This document shows, piece after piece, positions 1 to 7,777 of a stretch of 24,000 bases of DNA. Both the position numbers and the translations under genes were made by a program. The stretch comes from Candidatus Micrarchaeota archaeon (lineage in GTDB: Archaea; B1Sed10-29; B47-G15), in NCBI GenBank assembly GCA_003660975.1, contig QMVG01000002.1:93848-117847 (forward strand), in the 5' to 3' direction. Below the pieces are notes generated by a model. That model did no database searches. It worked only from the letters and a program-made list of their open reading frames with translations, and was not told the origin of the DNA. Position 1 is the stretch's first letter; each line of letters opens with the position of its first letter.

Positions 1-397
1 CAATAGAAGAGAGCAAAAGATTATTATGAAGGCGCTTGCTGATGCGAGAACAAGTACTGATGACAGTTCAAACATGCTGCCTGAAGAACAGAACCTCTAT
101 TTTCGCATAAAAGAAGCGCTCAAAGACAGTAGGTCTGACTTCTCCGTCATACTAGCAGGCAAAACTCCGAAAAAAGCAGAGACAAATGTGCTAAACGAAA
201 AGCTTGGTGATGAAATCGCGAAGGAAGATAAGCAGGAAGATTTAAATATTATTCTTGTAAGAACTATAAAGAAGGTGCCTAAATTTGTGGGTTCTGATTT
301 GAAGGAATACGGGCCCTATGAAGCCAACGAGCTCGTGAATATTCCCAAAAAAGAAGCAGAGCTTCTTTCAAAGCAAGGTTTCATTGAAATCATCTAG
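1..397 (+). CDS. gins51: GINS51-like DNA replication complex subunit, C-terminal part; 5' end is cut by the window edge
   Basis: The frame of the 26..397 ORF stays open back to base 2, so the gene probably starts upstream of the window. The C-terminal block VRTIKKVPKFVGSDLKEYGPYEANELVNIPKKEAELLSKQGFIE matches the conserved archaeal Gins51 B-domain pattern as I remember it (D..L.EYGPF..GD.V.LP...A..L). Recognised by eye only. Confidence 0.6.
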   Translation, partial: NRREQKIIMKALADARTSTDDSSNMLPEEQNLYFRIKEALKDSRSDFSVILAGKTPKKAETNVLNEKLGDEIAKEDKQEDLNIILVRTIKKVPKFVGSDLKEYGPYEANELVNIPKKEAELLSKQGFIEII

Positions 398-405
398 GTG
401 ATAGA

Positions 406-702
406 ATGAAGGTTCCATCTAAGATAAAAACATATTGTCCATACTGCAGGAAGCACACAGAGCATAAGGTAAAGTCAATAGTGCAGAAGCACTCACCAGC
501 TAAGCCAAGAACACTAAGCTGGGGGCAGCAGAAGCACTTAAAGAAGATAAAGGGTTACAAGAGCAAAGTGGCAGGTAGCGCAGACCATGTAAAGCAGTCT
601 GCCCGAAATGTGCTCTATTTACAGTGTACTATTTGCGGTAAGCAGCACCATATGTCTATAGGCTCTAGAACAAAAAAGAAAATTGAAAAGAAAAAGGAGT
701 AG
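406..702 (+). CDS. rpl44e: 50S ribosomal protein L44e (eL42)
   Basis: 98-aa Lys-rich protein with a CPYC...CTICG zinc-ribbon spacing and the typical L44e N-terminus MKVPSKIKTYCPYCRKHTEHKV. AGGTGA Shine-Dalgarno at 396-401. Sits in the conserved L44e-S27e-aIF2alpha-Nop10 neighbourhood. Confidence 0.93.
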   Translation: MKVPSKIKTYCPYCRKHTEHKVKSIVQKHSPAKPRTLSWGQQKHLKKIKGYKSKVAGSADHVKQSARNVLYLQCTICGKQHHMSIGSRTKKKIEKKKE

Positions 703-710
703 GTGGTTTG

Positions 711-899
711 ATGGACAACTTATTCCTGAAGCCAAAGTCAAAGTTCGTTAAGGTAAAATGCGAGAACTGTGGAAATCAGCAGATAGTCTTTCAATCTTCT
801 GCTACAGTGGTTAAATGCTTAAAGTGCAATGCGGTTCTGGTTGAGCCTACAGGTGGAAAAGCAAAGATTAATGGCAGTATTGTTAAGGTTCTTGATTAG
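711..899 (+). CDS. rps27e: 30S ribosomal protein S27e (eS27)
   Basis: C4 zinc ribbon (CENCGN...CLKCNAVL) with the typical FVKVKC...Q.VF..A...V.C..C...L..PTGGKA pattern. I chose the ATG at 711 rather than the TTG at 708 because AGGTGG at 701-706 is a suitably placed SD. Confidence 0.92.
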   Translation: MDNLFLKPKSKFVKVKCENCGNQQIVFQSSATVVKCLKCNAVLVEPTGGKAKINGSIVKVLD

Positions 900-908
900 G
901 GTTTTGTT

Positions 909-1682
909 ATGAGTAGGAAGGAATGGCCAGAAACCGGTGAATTGGTTGTAATTAAGATAAAGAGGGTTAGTCATTACGGTGCAATAGCAGAGCTGCTTGA
1001 GTATCCTGGAAAAGAGGGTTTCATTCATATTTCAAATGTGGCCAATTCTTGGGTTAAAAACATAAGGAGTTTTGTTTCTGAAGGGCAGGTAAGGGTTGCT
1101 TCTGTAATCAGGGTAAATCCAGACAAGAGGATAGCAGACCTCTCTCTCAGAAAGATCTCCGCGCAGCAGGAGAAGAGGAGACTTTCTGATTGGAAGAGAA
1201 AAAAGAGAGCCAACAAGATATTTGAGAATCTCTGCAAAAAGCTAAAAGAAGACCCAGAAAAGGCATATGCGAAGGTGGCAGAGCCGTTAATAGATGTGTT
1301 TGGTGATTTGTATTCAGTATTTGAGAACATAAAGCTAAACGGACCTGAGGTTTTAGACGCTGTTAAGATACCTGAGAAATGGAAGAAGCTTCTAATAGAG
1401 TATACAAACGAAAACATAAGCATACCTGAAGTAGAAATAAAAGGTGTGCTAACTTTGACAAGCACTGCTCCAGACGGCGTTGACTTGATAAAAAAAGCCC
1501 TGCTAAAAGCTAAGTCAAATAATGTTAACATATATTATATATCTGCCCCAAGATATGCCATTGAGGTAAAGGGAAAGACATATCAAGAAGCTGAAAAGAG
1601 AATGGAGAAGGCCGTGGCATCCGTTGTTGATTATATGAAAAAGCACGGAGGAGAGGCTTCATTTGAAAGGATTAAGACCTAG
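909..1682 (+). CDS. eif2a: Translation initiation factor aIF2 alpha subunit
   Basis: N-terminal S1/OB domain (GELVVIKIKRVSHYGAIAELLEYPGKEGFIHISNVA) followed by helical and alpha-beta domains. Length of 257 aa and synteny are typical of aIF2-alpha. Confidence 0.9.
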   Translation: MSRKEWPETGELVVIKIKRVSHYGAIAELLEYPGKEGFIHISNVANSWVKNIRSFVSEGQVRVASVIRVNPDKRIADLSLRKISAQQEKRRLSDWKRKKRANKIFENLCKKLKEDPEKAYAKVAEPLIDVFGDLYSVFENIKLNGPEVLDAVKIPEKWKKLLIEYTNENISIPEVEIKGVLTLTSTAPDGVDLIKKALLKAKSNNVNIYYISAPRYAIEVKGKTYQEAEKRMEKAVASVVDYMKKHGGEASFERIKT

Positions 1683-1686
1683 GCTT

Positions 1687-1833
1687 ATGAGATGTCCGAA
1701 GTGTGGCAGATATACTATGAAAAATAGCTGCCCTCTCTGCGGTGCTGAAACAGTCAAAGCAGAGCCGCCGAGGTTTTCACCACTAGACAAATATGGGGAG
1801 TATAGGAGAAGATTGCTGTATGAAAGAAGCTAA
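1687..1833 (+). CDS. nop10: H/ACA RNP protein Nop10 (48 aa; absent from the supplied ORF track)
   Basis: Translated by hand as MRCPKCGRYTMKNSCPLCGAETVKAEPPRFSPLDKYGEYRRRLLYERS. It has the CPxCG...CPxCG zinc ribbon and the PxRFSPxDKYxxYRRxL tail that define Nop10. The ATG lies 4 nt after the aIF2alpha stop, the canonical position. Confidence 0.9.
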   Translation: MRCPKCGRYTMKNSCPLCGAETVKAEPPRFSPLDKYGEYRRRLLYERS

Positions 1834-2584
1834 AATAAAGGTTCTGGCAAGACCTAAATTGAAGAGACCGATACTCATAGAGGGACTGCCAGGTTTGGGT
1901 CTTGTAGGCAAAATTGCCATTGACCACTTAATAAGAAGCTTGAAGGCCAAAAAGTTTGCAGAACTTTACTCACCTCATTTTCCCCCAATAGTTATCATTA
2001 TGCCAGATGGCAGCGTAAGAATGATAAAAAATGAGTTTTACTATGCCAAAATGCGCGGGAAAGCCAGAGATTTGATACTTCTCACAGGAGACCATCAGGG
2101 CCTCACTGTAGAGTCATTTTATGAACATGCTGGCAAGATTATAGATTTCGCTAAGAGATACAGGACCAGCCTTGTTATCACTTTAGGGGGCTTAGGCACC
2201 AAAAAAATAGTCCAAAGACCCAACGTCTTTGGGGCTGCGAGCAGTAGCGGCTTGGTAAAGAAATACCAAAAGTACAACATCAAATTTGATAGAACAGGGA
2301 CACAAATAACAGGGGCTGCTGGTCTGCTGCTGGGTCTTGGCAAGCTAAAAGGAATAGACGGCCTCTGTTTAATGGGAGAAACTCATGGCAATTATGTTGA
2401 TCCAAATGCTGCAAAGGCCGTGTTGAAAGTGCTTGAAAAGATACTCAATATAAAGCTTACATATAAGGAATTGGACAGCCAATCCAAGCAGATGAAGGAA
2501 ATGTTTAAGAAATTGAGAGAGATACAGAAAGCGCCTCAGAAAACGGAGACTGGAAAGCCATTAGATTTATCTTACATAAGATGA
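1820..2584 (+). CDS. PAC2-family proteasome assembly chaperone-like protein (COG1938)
   Basis: N-terminus KRPILIEGLPGLGLVGKIAIDHLI and the later LLTGDHQ / GAAGLLLG blocks fit the archaeal PAC2 family. I prefer the ATG at 1820 (AGGAGA at 1804-1809) to the track start at 1793; it overlaps the nop10 3' end by 14 nt. Confidence 0.75.
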   Translation: MKEAKIKVLARPKLKRPILIEGLPGLGLVGKIAIDHLIRSLKAKKFAELYSPHFPPIVIIMPDGSVRMIKNEFYYAKMRGKARDLILLTGDHQGLTVESFYEHAGKIIDFAKRYRTSLVITLGGLGTKKIVQRPNVFGAASSSGLVKKYQKYNIKFDRTGTQITGAAGLLLGLGKLKGIDGLCLMGETHGNYVDPNAAKAVLKVLEKILNIKLTYKELDSQSKQMKEMFKKLREIQKAPQKTETGKPLDLSYIR

Positions 2585-2588
2585 TCGA

Positions 2589-3815
2589 ATGAAGATTATA
2601 GCAGATCTTCATCTGCATTCCCATTTTTCAAGAGCCACAAGCCCAAAAATGAACTTGGAGGGCATATCTGAAGGTGCAAGGAAAAAGGGTTTGAACCTAT
2701 TGGGCACTGGAGATTTTACTCACCCAAAGTATTTTGAAGAGTTAAAAAGAAAACTGCTGCCAAGCGATAATGGGACAGGCATTTATGAGTATAACGGCAT
2801 TCATTTCATGCTTCAGGTTGAGATATCATTAATATATCAACAGGGAGGGAAGCAACGCAGGGTGCATCATGTAATATTTGCTCCAGATTTTGAGGCTGCA
2901 GAGCAGATTAACAGCATGTTTTCTAAGTGGGGGAGGTTAGATTACGATGGAAGGCCTATTTTTGGAAAATCATCTATGGAATTCATGGATGCTCTGATGG
3001 CTCTATGTCCTGATGCTTTTGTGGTTCCTGCTCATGCTTGGACACCATGGTATGGCATATTCGGAAGCATGAGTGGCTTTGACTCTTTAAAGGAAGCCTT
3101 CGGAGAACATGTGAGACATATCCATGCGATAGAGACAGGTTTAAGTAGCGACCCTGCTATGAACTGGAGGATAAGCGAATTGGATAATGTATCTCTGATA
3201 TCAAATAGCGATTCGCACTCCCCATATCCTTGGAGACTTGGGAGAGAAGCAAATGTTTTCGACACGAAAATGACATACAAAGACATAACTAATACTATAA
3301 CAACCAGAAAAGGATTTGAGTATACAATAGAGGTAGATCCAGCCTATGGAAAGTACCACTACGATGGGCATAGAAATTGCGGCGTGTCTATGAGCCCTGA
3401 AGAAGCGAGGAAGCACAATAACATCTGTCCTGTCTGCGGCAAGCCACTTACCCTGGGGGTGGAACACAGGGTTGAGGATTTGGCAGACAGACCAGCAGGA
3501 TATAGACCAAAGCATGCAGTTGATTTTATAAAATTGCTGCCTTTAGCAGAGTTAATCGCCACTGCGAGAAAGAGGAGCTTGTCATCACCTACTGTTACAA
3601 AAGAGATGCACCAAATAATGAAAGATTACTCCGAGCTGTATGTGCTTACTGAAATGCCTGAAGATGAAATAAGGAAAATTGCGGATGAAAGCTTAGCAGA
3701 ACTGATACTCAAAAACAGGAATCAAGAATTGAAAATTAAACCAGGCTATGATGGTGTTTACGGTGAAATAATATTGGAGAGCGGAGCTCAGTCCTCGCTT
3801 CTGGATTTTTCCTGA
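2589..3815 (+). CDS. PHP-domain nuclease with C-terminal Zn ribbon, endonuclease Q-like (COG1379)
   Basis: PHP metal motifs (ADLHLHSHFSRATS, GTGDFTHP, VPAHAWTPW, SNSDSHSP) plus GKYHYDGHRNC...CPVCGKPLTLGVEHRV. This architecture matches what I recall for Thermococcales EndoQ. Confidence 0.65.
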   Translation: MKIIADLHLHSHFSRATSPKMNLEGISEGARKKGLNLLGTGDFTHPKYFEELKRKLLPSDNGTGIYEYNGIHFMLQVEISLIYQQGGKQRRVHHVIFAPDFEAAEQINSMFSKWGRLDYDGRPIFGKSSMEFMDALMALCPDAFVVPAHAWTPWYGIFGSMSGFDSLKEAFGEHVRHIHAIETGLSSDPAMNWRISELDNVSLISNSDSHSPYPWRLGREANVFDTKMTYKDITNTITTRKGFEYTIEVDPAYGKYHYDGHRNCGVSMSPEEARKHNNICPVCGKPLTLGVEHRVEDLADRPAGYRPKHAVDFIKLLPLAELIATARKRSLSSPTVTKEMHQIMKDYSELYVLTEMPEDEIRKIADESLAELILKNRNQELKIKPGYDGVYGEIILESGAQSSLLDFS

Positions 3816-5080
3816 TTTAAAAACTCTACGATTTCTTCAATGCTTTTCCTGTACTCCTTTCCTTTTCTCATATCTCTCAGAGTGAAAATTTTTTCATTAA
3901 TTTCTTTTGGTCCTACAATCAGGCAAAAAGGAATCTGTTTTGAAGAAGCATAGTCCATTTGTTTCTTGAGCTTCCTATCCATCAGGTCAATGTCACAATT
4001 AATGCCCTGCTTTCTCAGTTTTTGGCATATTTTTATGCTCTCTTTTCTTACCTCATCTGTTGCAGAGGCTATGAAAACAGCTGTCTTGCTTGGCAGCTTT
4101 GGCAACATTTTCATATCTTTCATAGCATCTATTATTCTCTCTAGACCTATGGTCGTGCCTGTGGCAGGCAGTTCTTTCCCTGCAAAAAGCCCTATCAGTT
4201 TATCATACCTGCCCCCACCCGTGATGCTTCCTACCTGTCCTTCTTTAACAACTGTCTCAAACACAAAAGAGGTGTAATAATCAAGCCCACGCGCCAATGA
4301 CAAATCAAAACTGATAACCTCATCTGGCACTCCAAACAGTTTAACAGCTTCAAAGAAGTCCTCGCTTTCCCCCACGGTCTCTTTGCTCACATAGTCCTTT
4401 ACTCTGTCAAGCACTTTCTTTGGTTTTCCCTTTATTTTTATTATATCCATGATTTCCTTTACCTTCGCATCATCAACGCCCCTTTTCTTTAATTCGTCAA
4501 TAACACCCATTTCACCTATTTTGTCTATCTTATCAACAGCGACAAAAATATCTTTCTCATTTTCAATGCCCAGCTTTTTGTAAATTTCACTCATTAGTTT
4601 CCTGTTGTTAATCCTTATTTCAAAAGATTTGAAACCCACTGCTTTTAACACGTCATTTGTTATTGCTATTATCTCAGCATCTGCCAGCACACTTTTGCTT
4701 CCAACTATGTCAACATCACATTGCCAGAACTCTCTATACCTGCCCTTTTGCGGTTGGTCATATCGCCAGACCCTGCTTATCTGATACCTCTTGAACGGCA
4801 CTGGCATATTCCTATTCATAGCCACATATCTAGCGAGAGGAACAGTTAAATCAAATCTTAAGGCAACATCTCTTCCGCCAAGGTCTTTAAATTTCCATAT
4901 CAGCTTTTCCTCTTCTCCGTACTTTTTCATTAATACATCAAGAAACTCAACAGCAGGAGTTTCCAAGGCCTCAAAACCATACCTTTCAAAAACTTCCTTT
5001 ATTTTGGATATCACATATTCCCTTATCCTCATCTCTTCAGGAGAAAAATCTCTGGTCCCCTTAGGTATTGAAAGTCTCAT
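3788..5080 (-). CDS. hisS: Histidyl-tRNA synthetase (class IIa)
   Basis: Motifs PKGTRDFSPEEM, RYDQPQKGRYREFWQCD, GGGRYD and a C-terminal anticodon-binding domain. The ATG at 5080 is preferred over the GTG at 5089 because GGTG sits 6 nt upstream of it. The 3' end overlaps the convergent EndoQ-like gene by 28 nt. Confidence 0.93.
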   Translation of the reverse strand: MRLSIPKGTRDFSPEEMRIREYVISKIKEVFERYGFEALETPAVEFLDVLMKKYGEEEKLIWKFKDLGGRDVALRFDLTVPLARYVAMNRNMPVPFKRYQISRVWRYDQPQKGRYREFWQCDVDIVGSKSVLADAEIIAITNDVLKAVGFKSFEIRINNRKLMSEIYKKLGIENEKDIFVAVDKIDKIGEMGVIDELKKRGVDDAKVKEIMDIIKIKGKPKKVLDRVKDYVSKETVGESEDFFEAVKLFGVPDEVISFDLSLARGLDYYTSFVFETVVKEGQVGSITGGGRYDKLIGLFAGKELPATGTTIGLERIIDAMKDMKMLPKLPSKTAVFIASATDEVRKESIKICQKLRKQGINCDIDLMDRKLKKQMDYASSKQIPFCLIVGPKEINEKIFTLRDMRKGKEYRKSIEEIVEFLNQEKSRSED

Positions 5081-5099
5081 ATTGCACACCTTTCAGAAG

Positions 5100-5172
5100 G
5101 GCCCAGGCCGGGATTTGAACCCGGGCTGAGGGATCCACAGTCCCTAGTGCTAACCGCTACACTACCTGGGCC
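5100..5172 (-). tRNA. tRNA-His (anticodon GUG) with genome-encoded G-1 and C73; CCA not encoded
   Basis: Minus-strand read: G(-1)-GCCCAGG-TA-GTGTAGCGGTTAGCAC-T-AGGGA-CTGTGGA-TCCCT-CAG-CCGGG-TTCAAAT-CCCGG-CCTGGGC-C. All four stems pair, the anticodon loop is CU-GUG-GA, and the extra 5' G faces the discriminator C. The downstream sequence is CTT, not CCA. Confidence 0.92.
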
Positions 5173-5188
5173 ATTAACTATAACATTC

Positions 5189-5213
5189 TTTATTAAGACA
5201 TTATCTTTTATAT
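5189..5213 (-). promoter_or_regulatory. Putative archaeal promoter for tRNA-His (and probably hisS)
   Basis: The minus strand shows ATATAAAAG (5205-5213, 33-41 nt upstream of the tRNA 5' end) and TTAATAAAG (5189-5197). Either could be a TATA box. Assigned by position only. Confidence 0.35.
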
Positions 5214-5317
5214 TGGCTATGAAACAGATAAATAAAATTAGAGAAATCTTTTCAATGCATATCGTTATGAAGTGAATCGCCCATTAATCCTCACTGCCCT
5301 TTTTCTACATTTTCTAC

Positions 5318-5325
5318 TATATAAA
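5318..5325 (+). promoter_or_regulatory. TATA box upstream of the radical SAM gene
   Basis: TATATAAA lies about 30 nt upstream of the ATG at 5354, which is consistent with a leaderless or very short-leader archaeal transcript. Confidence 0.4.
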
Positions 5326-5353
5326 TTTATTTCGTGCATTTCATAATATTTTC

Positions 5354-6352
5354 ATGCGCAAAATATCTCTGCAAAGCAAGGTAAAAGGAATACCCCGCTG
5401 CAATTGGTGCTACCACAGGTGTGTTATCCCCGAAGGTAAAACAGGCATATGCCACAACAACATAAATATAAATGGCGAGCTTTACAGTCAGGTCTACGGC
5501 AAGGCAGTTTCAATGGCAGTAGACCCAATAGAAAAGAAGCCACTGTATCACTTCCTTCCAGGAACAACAGCTTTTTCAATAGCCACGACAGGTTGCAATT
5601 TCAGATGCAAACACTGCCAAAACTGGGAGATATCCCAGGCAAAACCAGGAGATTTGCCAACACATGATGCAATGCCTGAAGACATAGTTGAAATGGCAGT
5701 GAGGACTGCATCGTCTTCTATAGCATACACATATAATGAGCCAACAGTTTTCTTTGATTACGCTCACGATACCGGCATACTTGCACGCAAAAAAGGTTTA
5801 AAAAACATTTTCGTGACAAATGGCTACATGACCCCAGAAGCAGTTGAGCTTGCTGCTAAGGACTTTTTGGATGCCTCAAACATAGACATAAAAGGAGACG
5901 AGAACTTTTACAGAAAGGTTGTAGGCGCTGATTACAACAACGTACTGGAAAATGTGAAGAATCAGTATAAAGCAGGCATTTTCATAGAGGTAACTACATT
6001 GATAATACCAGGTTTCAATGACAATGCTGATTTTATTAGGGAAATAGCAGCTTTCCTGAAATCTCTTTCAAAGGACATACCATGGCACTTTAGCGCATTT
6101 TATCCTGCCTACCAGATGAGGGATGTTCCTCCAACACCAAGAGAAACAATTTTGAAAATGTGCGAGATAGCAAAAGATGAGGGAATGCACTATGTTTACG
6201 CAGGCAATATATGGGATAGCGGTTATGATAACAGCTATTGCCCTTACTGTGGTGCATTGCTTGTAAGGAGAAAAGGATATGATGTTGAACTTTTAATCCA
6301 TGAAAACAAATGCCCAAACTGTGGCAGGAAGCTGAATTTTGTTTTAAAGTGA
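5354..6352 (+). CDS. AmmeMemoRadiSam-system radical SAM enzyme (PFL-activase-like)
   Basis: CNFRCKHCQNWEISQ (CxxxCxxC SAM cluster) is preceded by DPIEKKPLYHFLPGT. There is an N-terminal Cys cluster (CNWCYHRC...GIC) and a C-terminal CPYCG...CPNCG ribbon. This pattern is typical of the TIGR04337-type family as I recall it. Confidence 0.8.
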   Translation: MRKISLQSKVKGIPRCNWCYHRCVIPEGKTGICHNNININGELYSQVYGKAVSMAVDPIEKKPLYHFLPGTTAFSIATTGCNFRCKHCQNWEISQAKPGDLPTHDAMPEDIVEMAVRTASSSIAYTYNEPTVFFDYAHDTGILARKKGLKNIFVTNGYMTPEAVELAAKDFLDASNIDIKGDENFYRKVVGADYNNVLENVKNQYKAGIFIEVTTLIIPGFNDNADFIREIAAFLKSLSKDIPWHFSAFYPAYQMRDVPPTPRETILKMCEIAKDEGMHYVYAGNIWDSGYDNSYCPYCGALLVRRKGYDVELLIHENKCPNCGRKLNFVLK

Positions 6353-6400
6353 GCGATACTTTTAAAATATCACATCTCTTATTACAAGGAGGGGGTGTAA

Positions 6401-7777
6401 ATGGAGAAAAAAACGAAGTATCAAAAATTAGCTGAAAAGATTCTAATGAAAAAAGAGAGCGCTTGGTTGATGTTAAGGAAAAATGAAGAAAAGAAGGTTT
6501 TTTCCTTTGCAGAGAGCTACAAGGATTTTTTGAATAAGTCAAAGACAGAGTTGGAGGCCGTTGAGACAATAAGAAAGATAGCTGAGTCGTACGGCTTTAA
6601 AGAGTATCCAAAAAGCAAAGTAAAGTATTATCTAATAAACAGGGGCAAAAACATAGCACTGGTGAAAAAGGGAGAGAGCATTGAAAAGGGTGTAAATATA
6701 GCTATATCCCATCTTGATTCTCCTCGCTTGGATCTGAAACCACACCCCCTTTATGAGGACTCTGATATCGCCTTGTTCAAGACGCATTACTATGGGGGAA
6801 TAAAGAAATACCACTGGGTTTCATCACAGTTGGCTCTTCATGGTATTGTCATAAGAAAAGACGGTAAGAAAATTCATGTAAAAATAGGCGATTCAAAGAA
6901 AGACCCTGTTTTTACAATTGCAGACCTGCTTCCTCATCTGGATAAGAAGCAAGAGGAAAAACCAATGAAAGAGGCTATAGAAGCAGAGCAGCTGAACATA
7001 ATTGTAGGCAATATGCCTGTTAATGACAAAAAGATAGATGAAAAGATTAAGCTGAACATAATGAAAATCTTGAACGAAAAATATGGCATAACTGAGGAAG
7101 ATTTTGTGACAGCTGAGTTGCACGCAGTGCCTGTTGCAGAGGCGAGAGACCTTGGTTTTGACAAAAGCATGGTAATTTCCTACGGCCAGGATGACAAGTC
7201 GTCTACTTATGCTGCATTGCTTGCCTTTTTAGAGGCGAAAGCAAAGAAGACATTGATATTTTTAGGAGTGGACAAGGAAGAGATAGGCAGTGAGGGCCCA
7301 ACTGGCATGAAATCATCCTTTATAGAGGAAGTCATAAGGACCCTGACAAAGCAGGATCCGCGTTTGCTACTTTCGCGCTCAAAGGTTCTGTCCTGTGATG
7401 TGGATGCTGCTGTAAACCCAACATTCAAAGATGTGCACGACACTTTAAATGCCAATTACCTAGGTAGAGGGCCAGTGGTTGCCATGTATACAGGATATGG
7501 CGGCAAATACAGTGCAAGCGATGCAGGAGCCGAATATACATATAAATTGATATCAATATTAAGAAAACATAAAATCCCTTGGCAATCAGGGGAGCTTGGG
7601 AAAGTAGACGAGGGAGGGGGAGGCACGATAGCGAAATACGTAGCTAAGTATAACTGCGATGTTATTGACTTTGGTCCTCCTGTCCTAGGCATGCATGGAC
7701 CTATGGAAGTTGCCAGCAAGATAGATGTTTACTACACTTACAAAGGCATAAAAGCCTTCTATGAAGAGATGGAATAA
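6401..7777 (+). CDS. M18-family aminopeptidase (aspartyl aminopeptidase-like)
   Basis: ISHLDSPRLDLKP, YGQDDKSS, DKEEIGSEG, EGGGGTIA and LGMHGPMEV correspond to the metal-ligand and catalytic blocks of the M18 family. GGAGGGGG SD at 6388-6395. Confidence 0.8.
   Translation: MEKKTKYQKLAEKILMKKESAWLMLRKNEEKKVFSFAESYKDFLNKSKTELEAVETIRKIAESYGFKEYPKSKVKYYLINRGKNIALVKKGESIEKGVNIAISHLDSPRLDLKPHPLYEDSDIALFKTHYYGGIKKYHWVSSQLALHGIVIRKDGKKIHVKIGDSKKDPVFTIADLLPHLDKKQEEKPMKEAIEAEQLNIIVGNMPVNDKKIDEKIKLNIMKILNEKYGITEEDFVTAELHAVPVAEARDLGFDKSMVISYGQDDKSSTYAALLAFLEAKAKKTLIFLGVDKEEIGSEGPTGMKSSFIEEVIRTLTKQDPRLLLSRSKVLSCDVDAAVNPTFKDVHDTLNANYLGRGPVVAMYTGYGGKYSASDAGAEYTYKLISILRKHKIPWQSGELGKVDEGGGGTIAKYVAKYNCDVIDFGPPVLGMHGPMEVASKIDVYYTYKGIKAFYEEME

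Noticed and set aside
203-300. Perfect C-box-like GTGATGA (206-212) and a downstream CTGA (294-297), also TGATGA at 57-62, suggesting C/D sRNAs
   Set aside because: Both lie inside the GINS51-like coding frame. Box spacing is 17 or about 80 nt, which does not fit C/D architecture, and no terminal stem can form.
1025-1531. 168-aa minus-strand ORF within the aIF2-alpha gene
   Set aside because: It is antisense to a conserved translation factor gene, and its sequence is hydrophobic and Ser-rich without any recognisable domain.
1793-1819. Track start (ATG 1793) for the PAC2-like gene
   Set aside because: The extra MGSIGEDCC residues lie wholly inside nop10 and have no SD. The ATG at 1820 has AGGAGA upstream and gives the usual family N-terminus. 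The longer form is not excluded.
5081-5089. GTG at 5089 as the hisS start (MCNMRLS...)
   Set aside because: GGTG overlapping this codon works better as the SD for the ATG at 5080. HisRS proteins typically begin just before the PKGTRD motif.
6090-6569. 159-aa minus-strand ORF spanning the radical SAM / M18 aminopeptidase junction
   Set aside because: It overlaps two well-supported plus-strand genes and their intergenic SD. It has no motif content and is a typical spurious antisense ORF.
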